Assembly (NCBI GenBank): GCA_951406725.2 | Contig: OX597819.1 | Span: 129,766,001-129,830,000 of the forward strand | From: Octopus vulgaris | Lineage: Eukaryota | Direction: 5' to 3' | DNA length: 64,000 bases | In this document: positions 1-18,300 of the stretch, one piece after another | Position numbering within the stretch: the first letter of the stretch is position 1 | How the letters are laid out: every line of letters begins with the position of its first letter | Notes under the pieces: generated by a model | Seen by the model: only the letters and a program-made list of their open reading frames with translations | The model's database searches: none | Told to the model about the DNA's origin: nothing | Position numbers and translations under genes: made by a program

Positions 1-322
1 GGCAACCTATGGTTTCATGTGGAGGGGTCTTCACAATTGTTTAAACGTGCAACATACACACACATACATACACATATATATGTATGTATGTATGTAGTGT
101 TAGTGTAGGATGTATCAGGGAGCGATGACAAGAATACAAATCCAGTTGACAGAGTTGTCGGTCTGTACACACCAGAATCCTTAGAATGTATGGATGTACA
201 TTTTAGTTACGTAATATTACTGCAAAATGTGCATTGACTTTTCTTTACATGCCTCTGTGCGTGTGCTTGAGTATATGCATGTATATATGTATGTATGTAT
301 ATACATATATATAAATATATGC

Positions 323-364
<42 letters not shown>

Positions 365-462
365 GTGTGTGTGTGTGTGTATTATATATTCTCACGTCGT
401 TTGCTATCTATCTACCCTGTATCTACCTACCTACCTACCTACCTACCTACCTACCTACCTAC

Positions 463-512
<50 letters not shown>

Positions 513-535
513 CTCTCTCTCTCTCTATATATGTA

Positions 536-567
<32 letters not shown>

Positions 568-830
568 CACACAGACACATATATCCGAATATATAGTATG
601 AGAACACATATGTAAATGTAAATACCTATTTATATATTTAAATATATGAACCCATTTATATATCTAAATATATATATTTTTGAATGTGTGTCTATGTGTA
701 ACTATATATATGTCACTATATATGTATAAATATATATATATATATATATATATGTCACTATATATACATATACATAAATGTATATATATTCATATAATTA
801 AGTACACATGCATACATACACACACATATG

Positions 831-866
<36 letters not shown>

Positions 867-2341
867 CATATATAACATATATATATATATATACATGTAC
901 AGACACGCACACACTCGCATACCCGACGTCATGTATATGCCAGTATATATGCAGTTCTCTTCGTGTGCAGTACGTGCACAAGCATGCGCATTTGCATGCA
1001 TGGGTGGATGTAATATTGCCCAGTGGATGGAACGGATGACTCTTATGATCATATATATATATATATATACAGGAAAAAAATCCCAAGCAATATAAAATGG
1101 ACCGTTATTGTTAAATATGAATGAATATGCACTCAATATATGTGTATAAGTATAGTTTTTGTACATATATGTATGTTACTATATATTCATATATATGTAT
1201 GTATACATGCATATATATATGCATATGAAAACACACACACACATTTATACACACATGCATGTAAATATGTATATACACACGCACATACACACTCACACAC
1301 GCACATATAGACACACACGCATACTCACACAGAGATATACATATACATTTTCATGAACTCATACGCATACGCACTGATATATGTATATTTGTGTGTGTGT
1401 GTGTATGCGTGTGTGTATATATGTATATATATGTACGCATATATATATGTACGCATATATATATATATATACATATGTACGCATATATTGATATATAATC
1501 ATTTAAATACATGTATATTGAAACACACATTTACATATATCTATTGTATACATACTACTAACATATATATATGCAGATTTATACTTAAACATACACAAAT
1601 ATACACAGACAGGTTCTCACACATATGAATAGGCATGCACCGATCCATCCATACAGCCACACTCACAAACACCTGTATGGTGATACTAATATACGTATAT
1701 ATTTAGATATACGTGTATACACACACACACACACACTCTCTCTCTCTCACACACACAAACACATATATATAGATAGATAGTTAGAGAGAGAGACAGAGAG
1801 AGAAAGAGAGAGAGAATGAGAGATAGAGAGAATGCATGTGCGTGCCTGTATGTGTGTGTATATATTTATGGACATATGTATAAACACCCATTGCACGTAC
1901 GATGCATATAAATACATATACCTATATAAATATATGTATATATAAGCAAATATACATTTATATATTTGAGGGCTATTCGATTAGCATCGATCCCAACGTT
2001 CAGTTAGTACTATAAATCCCAGAAGGTAAGGGGCCGGAAGAAATGCTGCCAAGCATTTGGACCGATGCTCTAACGATTTTTCCAGCTCATTGCCCTAATT
2101 TCCGCCGAGGTTGACTTTGCTTTTCATCCTCTCGAGATCGATAAAATGAATCCAGTTGAGTACTGTGGTCAATTTAATCGGCTAGACCCCTCCCCTCAAA
2201 TCTCAGGCGTTGTGCTTATTGTAGAAAGGATTGTTATTGTTATCGTTTCTTCTATAAGCAGAAGGCCAGGAATTTGATGAGAGGGTGCTAGTCGATTACA
2301 TCGACGCCAGTGCTTAAGTGGTACTCAATGTACTTTCTGCC

Positions 2342-2575
2342 AAGGCGGCGAGCTGGCAGAAACGTTAGCACGCCGGGTGAAATGCTTAGCGGTATTTCGT
2401 CTGCGTTACGTTGTGAGTTCAAATTCCGCCGAGGTCGACTTTGCCTTTCATCCTTTCGGGGTCGATAAATTAAGTACCAGTTACGCACTGGGGTCGATGT
2501 AATCGACTTAATACTTATGTCTGTCCTTGTTTGTCCGCTTCTATGTTTAGCCCCTTGTGGGTAATAAAGAAATAG
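2342..2575 (+). mobile_element. tRNA-derived SINE, family B (Meta-domain-like), full length, nested in older family B fragments
   Basis: Starts AAGGCGGCGAGCTGGCAGAAACGTTAG, has B-box GAGTTCAAATTC, central GCCTTTCATCCTTTCGGGGTCGATAAATTAAGTACCAG, and ends GTAATAAAGAAATAG. GGTACTCAATGTA occurs near both ends (TSD-like). More than 10 related copies in the window. Confidence 0.85.
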
Positions 2576-3105
2576 GTACTCAATGTATTGACTCCGAAAG
2601 GATGAAAGGCAAAGTCGTCCTTGGCCGAATTTGAACTCAAACGTAAATCCAGAAGAAATTTTGAGCAAAACTGTTGTTTTTATCAATCCCGAAAGGCTGA
2701 AAGACAAAGTGCGTCGGTGTCATTTGAATTCGGAACGTAAAGCCGGAAGATACAATGCTTAGCCGTATTTCATGTCTTCACATTCTGTGTTCAAATTTCA
2801 TGGAGGTCGACTCTGCCTTTCATCATTTCGGTGTCGATGGAATAAGTACCAGTTGGCCTCGTACCAAAATTTGAAAAGCGGCAACAAAGAGCTTAGCAGG
2901 ATTTCGTCTGTCGTTGTGTTCTGGGCTCAAAATTCCGCCGAGGTCGATATTTCCTTTTATCCTTTCGGGCTCGATAAAAATACATAACCTGCCAAGTTCT
3001 GTGTTCGATGGAATCGACTTCCACCTTTACTCACAGACTGCAACCTCGGTGCCAAAAGTGAAACAATTATTACTAAATAAATAACTAAAGTCACAATGAA
3101 ATTTT

Positions 3106-3535
3106 GGCGTAGGAGTGTGGTAAGTAGCTTGCTGACGAACCACATGGTTCTCAGTTCAGTCCCACTACGTGGCATCTTGGGCAAGTGTCTTCTACTATAG
3201 CCTCGGGCCGACCAATGCCTTGTGAGTCGATTTGGTAGACGGAAACTAGAAGAAGCCCGTCGTATAGCTGTATATATATATTTGGTAGACGGAAACTAGA
3301 AGATATATGTATATATGTATGTGTGTATATATGTTTGTGTGTCTGTGTTTGTCTCCCCAACATCGTTTGACAACCGATGGTGGTGTGTTTACGTCCCCGT
3401 TACTTAGCGGTTCGGCAAAAGAGACCGATAAAATAAGTACTAGGTTTACAAAGAACAAGTCCTGTGGTCGATTTGGTCGACTAAAGGCGGTGCTCCAGCA
3501 TGGCCGCAGTCAAATGACTGAAACAAGTAAAAGAG
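3106..3535 (+). mobile_element. tRNA-derived SINE, family A
   Basis: GGCG(C/T)AGGAGTG...TGGTAAGTAGCTTG head, GTTCAGTCCC B-box-like motif, internal (TA)/(TG) microsatellite, 3' GAAACAAGTAAAAGAG tail. Matches copies at 22032, 27795, 38633, 56400 and 62669. Confidence 0.85.
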
Positions 3536-3601
3536 TTCTCTCTGACGAAAGGAAACACAGATGGACCAATCCAATCACAGAATGCACTCATCAATCTTTC
3601 T

Positions 3602-3641
3602 CCACTCTGTCGAAAGGTGGTGTAGTCTGAAATATCAGGGG
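3602..3641 (+). ncRNA. Degenerate minimal type I hammerhead-like motif
   Basis: CCACT-CTGTCGA-A-AGG(TGGTGTAG)TCT-GAAA-TA-TC-AGGGG. A6 is replaced by U and stem I has one mismatch; about 140 nt of unique sequence follows, then (TA)n, as in the other hammerhead elements. Confidence 0.3.
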
Positions 3642-3779
3642 TTTTTTCCCCTATTCTTCACGATAACTGAACTTATTGACGCTCAATAAATACCTTCTTC
3701 GGATTTATATTACACACACAAAACTTGCCTTTATAATTTACTACACATAAGTCATTTGTGTTCGACTACATTATGATAT

Positions 3780-3816
<37 letters not shown>

Positions 3817-3912
3817 GTATAATATTGTATTATACATAGTATATATATATAATATATATATCATATATATATATATATAAAACCTAAGTATGTATATGTG
3901 TGTATGTACGTG

Positions 3913-3979
<67 letters not shown>

Positions 3980-4744
3980 ACACACATTCTACGCTCAATC
4001 CTAGATTTAATTTAATTAAATTTCAATTTACATATAAATATAAATTTAATTTAAATATATACAATGTTATATAGAATTAATTAATACTTATGATCAACGA
4101 GGCGTTACTAAAATATTTTATCCTATATTAATTATCAAATAATCATCACCGAATGATTTAATTGTGCTATTAACTAAAATAAATCATTCTGTGACAGCAT
4201 AGGAAATACTGTATGTACAACAGCGACATGAGTTCAAATTCAGTCGAAAAAGCGCCTACTGATCCATTTGAGAGATACCTATACCTTTATTAGATGTTGT
4301 TGTTTAACGTGACGGTAACCCAAATAAAGGAGATTCTATGGTCAAAAACGTTACAGTTGTGACCATCCCATCTTCTATATAGACTTATGTTGAGTAATAT
4401 CAATTGCATCGTGCTTTCAGCAGCGGATGATTTAAGGAAGACGTGATAATAATAAGCGGTAAATCGAACGGTTTTAGAAAGATCCTTGTACATTAACTTG
4501 TGGTAGGCCGTCTCTTCATTAATTGTTGGTATAGATGTTGTAGTCACTTTACCTAACAGAAAAAAACCCCCAAAAAACTGCCGAATATCCCCAGAGCAAA
4601 CATCTGGAAAATGAAGGATCTACCGGACAATTTAGTCATGTTTTAATATATGTCTTCATTTGGAACTATAGAGTGAGGCTAAGTGTGAATTATTTTGTGT
4701 GTAGATGTGAATGAATGTATGAATGTCTGGATATGTATATATCA

Positions 4745-4960
4745 CACGATCACATGACCGACCACACTGTCTGGTGTTACACATCGCTGGTTACAATGCA
4801 TTGTGAGCAGGCTAACATTCCCCCTTGATGGAAAGGGGATTGAAGCAACGGGAAATGAAGTGCTTTGCTCAAAGACACAGCGCACCGCCAGGTCTGGGAA
4901 TCGAACCTACGAACTAGGAATCGTGAGTCCAACGGCCTAACCACTAGGCCACGCGCCTTC
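4745..4960 (-). mobile_element. tRNA-derived SINE with CORE/V-like central domain (family E), partial
   Basis: Minus strand reads GAAGGCGCGTGGCCTAGTGGTTAGG (A-box) ... GGTTCGATTCCC (B-box) ... TGTGTCTTTGAGCAAAGCACTTCA. Confidence 0.7.
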
Positions 4961-4969
4961 ATGTATATG

Positions 4970-5050
<81 letters not shown>

Positions 5051-5179
5051 CCCGTGAAAGAACTCGCTTTCCAGAAGCAGTTCAGCAAAATATACAACTG
5101 AAAGTTTACTCTTTCTCCATGCAAATTTGTTCCAATCCTGTTGCTGTTGTTAAGTCTGTTGATGATGTTGATGCTGTTG

Positions 5180-5512
5180 GACGAGAAGTCCGAAACGTGG
5201 TCCTTTGCTATTCGTAAGACCCGCAGAAGAGAAAGCATGTCAACCCCCGACACTGAGAGCATCGACGGATGGATGAATGCGCATCCAGGCTCAGCGGTTG
5301 CGTAGGAAGTCGGGACAAGAAACAGGAAGAAAGAGTGAGAGAAAGTTGGAGCGAAAGAGTACAACAGGTGTCGCCACCACCTCCTGCCGGAGCCTCGTGG
5401 AGCTTTAGGTGTTTTCGCTCAATAAACATACACAACGTCCGGTCTGGGAATCGAAACCGCGATCCTCCGTCCGCGAGTCCGCTGCCCTAAACATTGAGCC
5501 ATTGCGCCTCTA
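5180..5512 (-). mobile_element. tRNA-derived SINE, family C (tail type 1)
   Basis: Minus strand GAGGCGCAATGGCTCAATGTTTAGGGCAGCGGACTCGCGG...GGTTTCGATTCCCAGACCGG; near-identical to 59209-59590. Confidence 0.8.
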
Positions 5513-5862
5513 CTGATGTTGATGCTGTTGACTCTGCACTCCTGAGACTTCGATAATCAAACTCATAACGGTAAGTTACCATCTCAACTTTTAACCATTT
5601 CAACGGTCAACTCATTTTAGATCTCTCTCAGGTAAATGAAATAATTTCTTGGTATTTACACACAGGAGGAATGAAGAGCGAAAAAAAATCCAGTTTTAGG
5701 CGCAGGTATGGCTGTGTGGTTAGAAGTTTTCTTCCCAACAACGTGGTTTTGGCTACAGTCCTACTGGGTGGTACTTTGGGCAAGTGTCCTTTCTACTATA
5801 GCCCCGGGCCTACCAGAGCTTTGTGAGTGAATTTGATTGATGAAAACTGAATGAAACCTGTC

Positions 5863-5921
<59 letters not shown>

Positions 5922-5922
<1 letters not shown>

Positions 5923-6225
5923 TAGCAGTATTGCCCGGCGTTGCTCGGGTTTGTAAGGGAAGTAACTATATAAGCATTTATAGAGAGTTACTTCCCTTAT
6001 ATAAACCGAGCAAAAAATGCATTAAAAATGTGGAAAAATGATGGTAATTTTTTTTTTAATCGTAGACTCATCGTAGACCCGCGCGAATACCCAGAAAGGC
6101 TCGATATGAATCACGACTATAAGATACCCGCTTTTGGTTAAACTGCTACGCAAAATGTGGGAGTAGTTAGGAATCTAAATCGGTGTAGACAGACACGCAC
6201 ACAACTTCATTTTTATATATAAAGA
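5922..6225 (-). mobile_element. Non-autonomous Helitron
   Basis: Minus strand begins TCTTTATATATAAAA and ends with hairpin CCCGAGCAACGCCGGG followed by ...CTAG, inserted between A and T in (TA)n. Internal hairpin TAAGGGAAGTAACT/AGTTACTTCCCTTA. Confidence 0.8.
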
Positions 6226-6249
6226 TATATATATATACATATACATATA

Positions 6250-6559
6250 CTTTGATACTTTGATACTTTGATACTTTGATAGGTTTCGGCCATTATTGGC
6301 CCAGGCCATGTCTAACTTAATAGCACCACCTGGTGAAGTCTTTCAAGTCAGAATTTGGGCACTATGGCCCACTCAAGTAGAGAGTTATTGTTTACAGAGA
6401 CAAATTCCGGGTGTAAGGGGTTTATCCGGGATTTCTTGAAGGTATCTGTCCAAAGACTTCTTGAACCCCATAGGGTCTGTTTCTGTTTTAATGTATTTTG
6501 GTGTAATGTTAAAGAGAACGGGGCCAATTGAGGTGAAATAATTGTGCCGTATTGTTGTT
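6250..6559 (-). mobile_element. CR1/L2-like LINE 3' end, 5'-truncated
   Basis: Minus strand encodes IRHNYFTSIGPVLFNITPKYIKTETDPMGFKKSLDRYLQEIPDKP (CR1-group ORF2 C-terminus pattern) and ends in an 8-bp tail (TATCAAAG)x4 at 6250-6281. Confidence 0.7.
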
Positions 6560-6570
6560 ATATATATACA

Positions 6571-6757
6571 CTTTATTTAAAAGCAGCAGAAATATAACAA
6601 AAGCTGTTACTCGGAGTTTCACGTTTCCGTTCGTCGGACAGTTTTTTAAACAGCTTTTATTATATTTCTGCTGCTTTTAAATAAAGCCTTTTACTCTACC
6701 TCTGGTATTTGAGTACTCTTTTTTCCACCTTGTTACACATTTATGTGCTTACTCCGG
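6571..6757. mobile_element. Penelope-like terminal-repeat insertion with inverted arms
   Basis: 38-bp inverted repeat 6571-6608 / 6649-6686 (1 mismatch) enclosing a hammerhead motif; flanked by TA-rich microsatellite. Confidence 0.7.
6604..6641 (-). ncRNA. Minimal type I hammerhead ribozyme, U4C core variant
   Basis: Minus strand: CTGT-CCGACGA-ACG(GAAA)CGT-GAAA-CTC(C)GAG-TA-ACAG. All three stems pair; cleavage triplet GUA. Confidence 0.7.
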
Positions 6758-8159
6758 TATATATATATATGTGTGCGTGTGTGTGTGTGTTTGTGCGTGC
6801 GTTTGTTTGTATATGTGTGTGCGCGTGCGCGCATGGGTATATTTGTGTTTGTGTGTTGACACCGCTTGACAACCGGTCGTTTGTATGTTAGCCCCTACAA
6901 TCTAGCAATTCAGCAAACGAGACTGATAGAATAAGTCCAAGATCAGTACTGGGGTTGATTCGTTCGACCAAAATCTTTCAAGGCGGCGTCCCATCATAGC
7001 TGCCCTTCAATAAAAGATTAATAGAAATTTAAATGTCGAATACGATTTCTTGGTATGGTTAAAATTGCACCGGTGCAGGATGTTATTCAAAACTTGCAAA
7101 CTTGCTGATCTATCCAACACCATTAACTTCAAGTCGTTCATCCATCAACGTCGCACAACACAACACTAAAAAACTTCTTTACTTTCTGATCCGATAAAGC
7201 GGCTTCTTTCTTAACTCTCGGTTTTTCCAGGGTTGTGACAGCTAATCCAATTCAATTTTTTTACCCCTTATATATTTGGGAAATTAGGTGTTTTTCACAC
7301 TTAGTCATTTAACTGTTTATTGAATGGTTCGACGATAATTTTATGATTAAAGAACTTTTGAATTTTTTTTTCATCACAGACATTATAAGTACAGGATAAG
7401 TAATTCTCATTTACCTTTAAAGGACCTGCATCCCTTTCACTCGCATACTCCTCTTTGCTGCAACAGATGATGACTTAGAATTTGCATCAAAGTATTACTT
7501 AATGTTTACGTTTTAACGTTGTAATCATGTCAAAATTTCGGCACAGAAGTATCAACCTCCTAGCTTATTTGTTTCAATTTTTGGTTCATAGATAAGGACA
7601 TAAGCATTGTTTTTGGAGATCTGATAAAATAATTTCTGAAATATTAACGAAAATTACAATGTAACACAAATTATTTTATGTTACGAACAGTGGCTACTGT
7701 TAAAATCGATATTGTACTACATTGTTGAACCTACAAATCTGGAAAGTGTATTATTCGAAATATAACATACTAACTTTAGACCACTTCAATATGATGTATT
7801 CTTTGCTTGTGGCTATGTATGATTAGAATTGAAAACTAATTATTGCTAGATCATATCACGACACTGTATAAAAAGAATTATTTAGAAAAATAAGTTTCAA
7901 TTTATGGATTTTCGAGGAATTTATACATACTTTTTCTCTCTACGATGACGAAAAGTTTATTAGAAGGGAGTGTGAAAGCGAATACGAAAGAGTAAGTCTT
8001 ATATAAATAAGAAGAGGATATAGGGAGAAAGGAGCAGGAAGAGGAGAGAATGAATGATTTCAAAAAGTAGAAGGATTAAGAGATTAAGGGGACAATAGAG
8101 GGGAAAGTTATTGAGAAAGAGTTTATTTCTTAGAGAGCAATCTGAAAGTGAATGATCTT

Positions 8160-8511
8160 ACTAAAATGGCCGTTATGTTCGTCTGTCTGCCGTCTGTCCG
8201 TCTGTCTGTCTGTTCCCTCTTCACGGTCAAACGACTGGACCAATGGTCACAATGGTTTCCGAGATTACGTCAGGAAGGATGTTAGCAAAAAAAATGTGAA
8301 AAAGTATGATTAATTAGTAGATTATTTAGTTGAGTATTAATAAATCACCTTTGATTTATTTATTGCTAAAATTCCGGCGACGAGGATTAACTCTGGACTC
8401 CCTCCCCGTATAGTTCGGGAATTTAGAGGGTTTAGATTTTCGATACTGTCTCTTTATTTCCCATCGTAGACAGACAGATTTGTTGTCTTTATAATGGGCG
8501 TTATGTCCACC

Positions 8512-8558
<47 letters not shown>

Positions 8559-8830
8559 TTGTTGTTTCCTCTTCACGGCCAGACTGCTGGACCAATGGTT
8601 ACGATATTATTCGGGATTATAAAGACGGTCGTCGGGAAGCTTTTTATCATTACAAAATCAGAAAGTATGATTATTTCGTGGATATCGATTTTTGTATTGA
8701 TAAATAGCCTTCGCATTTTTATTAAAAATTCACCGACCACGAGTAACTCTGGATTTTCATCGTATAGTATACAGCCCCATCGTATATACGAAGGGGGTCA
8801 AGAGGACGGTTAATAGCGAAAATAAAATGT
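8160..8830 (+). repeat. Diverged ~340-bp tandem duplicate of a Helitron-like segment with (GTCT)n
   Basis: Blocks ATGGNCGTTATGT..(GTCT)n..CCTCTTCACGG..CTGGACCAATGGT and TAACTCTGGA..CGTATAGT each occur twice. Confidence 0.5.
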
Positions 8831-9625
8831 GAAAAGTGTGTGTCAGTATAGAGTGTGTGTGATTATCAAATAATTGTTGAAGTGTGTCAGTCTCGAGCAG
8901 GATTCGAAACGGCTAATCGAAGCAGATGTTGTTTACATTTCAGTTTTGGCAGTCAAAATAACCCATGGTACCAGATCATCCAGACATTATTCGCATAGAA
9001 CAGTGAGAGTCTTAGTTTAATTTTTTGCAACCCCAAAGATTCCACTCACGCATTCACAGCAAACAAGGCACTGGGCCAGACTTTAGATCGTGTAGATGTA
9101 TTTTTACCCACTCCGATGTTTACACACACGGCCAGTTATACGTCGCTACGAGTAAAGCAACGGAATCCAGCAATTTGAAAATTAGTGTCAACCAAACAGA
9201 AAATATCATCTACAAAGAAGTTTTGTAATCATATTGATATTATCGAAAGGATTATGATTCATAATTCAAATAAGGAAATTTGTGAACTTTGAATGTATAA
9301 GAGTATAAACAATCATAGAAGAGTGTAAACAACTAAAATAAAAGTATATCTAAACATTTTGGTTGTGGTCGAAGGAAGCTTTGGCTTTCGTTAGGAGTAG
9401 TCTACATAACCATTCAAGATACGGAGGCTGGGAGCCTATTTCAGTTCGGGAGTGAATCGTCATCACATGTTACTTATAGTTGTAATAGAATGCTGTATCA
9501 CCAACAATAATGAGATTTCTCTAAGACATCACCCAGAAATCTATCAAGTCCATTTACACATTTCTCAATATATATTACTGTATATTTCATGCCTCCATCG
9601 TAGTTGGGTAGATTTGCTAGTAAAT

Positions 9626-9857
9626 CTATTTCTTTACTACCCAGAAGGGGCTAAACACAGAGAGGACAAACAAGGACAGACAAACGGATTAAGTCGATTA
9701 CATCGCCCCCAGTGCGTAACTGGTACTTAATTTATCGATCCCGAAAGGATGAAAGGCAAAGTCGACCTCGGCGGAATTTGAACTCAGAATGTAGCGGCAG
9801 ACAAAATGCTGTTAAACATTTCGCCCGGCGTGCTAACGATTCTGCCAGCTCGCCGCG
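9626..9857 (-). mobile_element. SINE family B, full length
   Basis: Reverse complement matches 2342-2575 end to end. Confidence 0.85.
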
Positions 9858-10396
9858 CATTCGTACCTTATCTTCGCTCTTCATCCGTAATAGCTACTTC
9901 CACTCAGTACTTAATCACGACACAGCAAGCTGTGGGATGTGCATTGTTCTCTCAGTGCAACTCTCACAATATTTCAGAACAGAGAATAGGAAAATAAGTT
10001 ATCCGTTATGATCTGTGATTATTTTATTGAATGAGCAACGGTCATATGTTCCTCGAACACTGGTGCTTAGATATAGCTACGGAATTAAACATTAGCTGCA
10101 ATGTCTAAACTCTGATTTCGTCCAATTTAACCGATAACCGGCTTAACGTAGTATGGTTTAACGGGGGTTTCAGTGTATGTATGTAACTACATGTGACCTT
10201 ACATGACATTGAGTATGTTTGCTTCTATATGTGTATGGAAATATGTATGTACGGGTGTGTGGGAGGGGAGAAGTGCGTGCGTGTGTAGAAGAATTGTTAG
10301 ATGTGTAGGATAAGATGAGGCCAACCAAGAAGAAGAAATGAATAAAATAGTAAAAAAGAAAGCCACATCAGTGAAACACAGCTAGGTCATCCATTA

Positions 10397-15330
<4,934 letters not shown>

Positions 15331-16315
15331 ATATTTACAATATGGTAATTTAATTATCTACATAAGTAGGCACACCATCACACACACCCAGGTTTATAAA
15401 TATATATGTATTTTGGTGTATGTACAGACACACACACACACACACACGCTCGCACGCGCTCACACACACACACACGTGTTTCTTTGAGTTTGTATGTGTT
15501 TGCATGTGTGTGTGTGTGTGTTGTGAATTTATATAGTGACACACAGATATACATCTCTCTTTCATCCCCCCTGCTTCCTCTCTTTTTAACCCCTCTCCAC
15601 CCTCGCCCTCTACTGTTCTCTTCACACACCCTGATTTCAATGTAATTGTCATTATAATTAATTGTTCATTTATTTCGTACCCCTCCAAACAACCGCCACT
15701 GCCCCTGCACCCACGGACTTTCCGTCTCTTACCCACCTCGCCTTTTGCAAATTTCCCCTCTTCCCATTCCCTTCCGTTGTTTTCTCCCTCCACATCTGAG
15801 TTTTTGTTCCGTTCCGAGAGTGCCTCCTCTTTACCACCACCACCACCACCACCACCACCACCACCACCACCACCACCACCACCACCACCACCTCTACCTC
15901 CACCATCGCTACAACCACTATTGCTGCTATCTCCACTACAACTACGAACCAATGAAGAGGAGGGAGTCATTTCATTTAGCAGAAATAGCAGCCAAATTTC
16001 TCTCAGATGACACCGTTCTGCGCATAGGAAATAGGTACACAGTCACAGTTGAAATGTCCTTAGTCATGGATCCGTTGTATCGGGGTTGACCTGGTGCTAA
16101 ACAACAACAACAACAACGAGAACAACAAGAATGCTAACCACTGTACTTACTACCTTACTAACTCACGATGTGACCACCACCATGAATAGGACATCTACGT
16201 GGTCGATTATTCGACTAGAAAAAGCAGTGAAATCTCATTCTGGTCATCCTCTATCGACTTATAAAGAGGAAGAAGAGGAGCGGTGCAATACATAATCTTA
16301 CCCTACATCCACACG

Positions 16316-16347
<32 letters not shown>

Positions 16348-16849
16348 CACACACACTTACAAGACGGGATGGTCATAGCTGAAATTCCTCCTGTTCATAG
16401 GTTTACACGATTAGAACTGAGTTGTCTTGTGAAAATCAACAATAACAACATGAGCATCACACGCCCACGCCACCACCACCACCACCACCACCACCACTAT
16501 CACTACCATCGCCATCCTTACCACAATAAAAACAAAGAACAAACCCCCAAAATGCCATTAATTCTTTCTAATTTTGGCACACGACCAGTCATTTCCAGGG
16601 AGGAAACAAGTCGATTACATCGATCCCGCAAGAATAAAAGGTGGCCTCAGCAACATTTGAACCCAGAACAAAAATTAATGTCATTAAACAGAAGTAACAA
16701 TAACCCTTTCGGCATGAAATAGTAGGGAAGCGTGCAAGTAAATGGCGTTGACTTCAATGTTCAGCCCGGTACTTAATTTACCAACTCCGAAAGGATGAAA
16801 TGCAAAGTCAACCTGCGTGGAATTTGAATTCAGTAAGTAAAGACACGAA

Positions 16850-17078
16850 ATACCTATTTCTTTACTACCCACAAGGGGCTGAACACAGAGGGGACAAACA
16901 AGGACAGACAAACGGATTAAGTCGATTATATCGACCTCAGTGCGTAACTGGTACTTATTTTATCGACCCCGAAAGAATGGAAGATCTTGAGGGATTTTGA
17001 ACTCAAAACGTAAAGACGGACGAAAAGTCGCAAAACATTTTTGCTCGGCGTGCTAACGATTCTGCCAGTTCGCTGCCT
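16850..17078 (-). mobile_element. SINE family B joined head-to-tail to a further partial unit
   Basis: Minus strand 3' end AAAGAAATAG runs directly into GTATTTCGT, the same junction as in the 44063-44783 array. Confidence 0.75.
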
Positions 17079-17576
17079 ATTAATAATAATAATAATAACA
17101 ACAACAACAACAACAACCACAACAACAACCATCACCACCAACACCACCATCACTGCCACCACAATAACAACTCTCACTAACAGCACGAGCAGAAATGGCA
17201 GACATCTTCATTTGTGATTTCATACACAGTATTGTTGTTAGTGTTGTCACTGTCATCGTTGCTGCAGTCACTCATATTGTTGTTGTTGTTGTCCCCGTGG
17301 TTATTGCCGCCGTTGTTCTCTTTGCTGTTGTCACCATAGTTTATCTTTTATTATTAAAATTTTATTTTTTATATGAGGAAACAATTGCTATTTTGAAAGA
17401 AGTAAGCGCGGCGTTAATGTTTGTATTATGCACGCCATCTCTAAAGTCTCGAAATTGCAACAGAGAACACTAGAGAATGCTGTAACTATGAATAATATTA
17501 TCTAAAGAGTCTTGGTTCTTCAAAAACGGCACTGTTGATTATTCAAAATACCGCTATCGTTCATTGTTTTATGAGC

Positions 17577-17649
<73 letters not shown>

Positions 17650-18070
17650 ATATCTATATATCTATCTATCTATCTATCTATCTATATCTATCTATCTATA
17701 TATCTATATATCTATATCTATATATACATATGTATATGTATACATATATAAGTATATATATTTATATGTATACATATTCATATATATATATATATGTATA
17801 TATATATTTATGCATGTGTGTGTGAGTGTGTGTGTGGCTGAGAGATATATATATGTTAAGGTATAAATGTTAATATTGCTTTTTGGTGAATGTGCATGAC
17901 TGTAGGTGTATATGCTTTATTTTTGTTTGTTTGTGTATGTGTATGAGTGTGCATGTGTCTATGGTATTGTATGTACATTGCATGTGAATGTCGACATGTA
18001 TGTATACATGTTACTTTCTGTATGTAGGCATATTCCTGTAACTACTACGTTCTTTTATGGATGTATACAC

Positions 18071-18153
<83 letters not shown>

Positions 18154-18300
18154 ACACACTATTATCTTAGTCCTGCATTTAAACCAGCAACGTTTGTGGC
18201 TAGTATAACTGATTGATTTAGGATAAACATTGATGTAAATTAATTGAATATAAATTAATTTATGTTAATTATGTATCTTAATTACGTAATTATATAATTA

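Larger units (their letters stand above)
5699..7018 (+). mobile_element. Old family A SINE split by three nested insertions
   Basis: 5' half at 5699-5866 (GGCGCAGGTATGGCTGTGTGG...) and 3' half at about 6850-7018 (GCTTGACAACCGG...GATAGAATAAGT...AAGGCGGCG). The gap lies in the internal microsatellite. Confidence 0.7.

Noticed and set aside
1-45. Minus-strand GTGAAGA...GAAACCATAGGTT hammerhead-like text
   Set aside because: No 3-8 pair, no stem II or stem I pairing.
207-1628. Many YI/HT/CV-rich ORFs here and throughout the window
   Set aside because: Translations of (TA)n, (CA)n and (TATG)n microsatellites.
15350-16089. Poly-Gly/Pro/His ORFs
   Set aside because: Arise from a (CCA)n tract; no splice or domain support.
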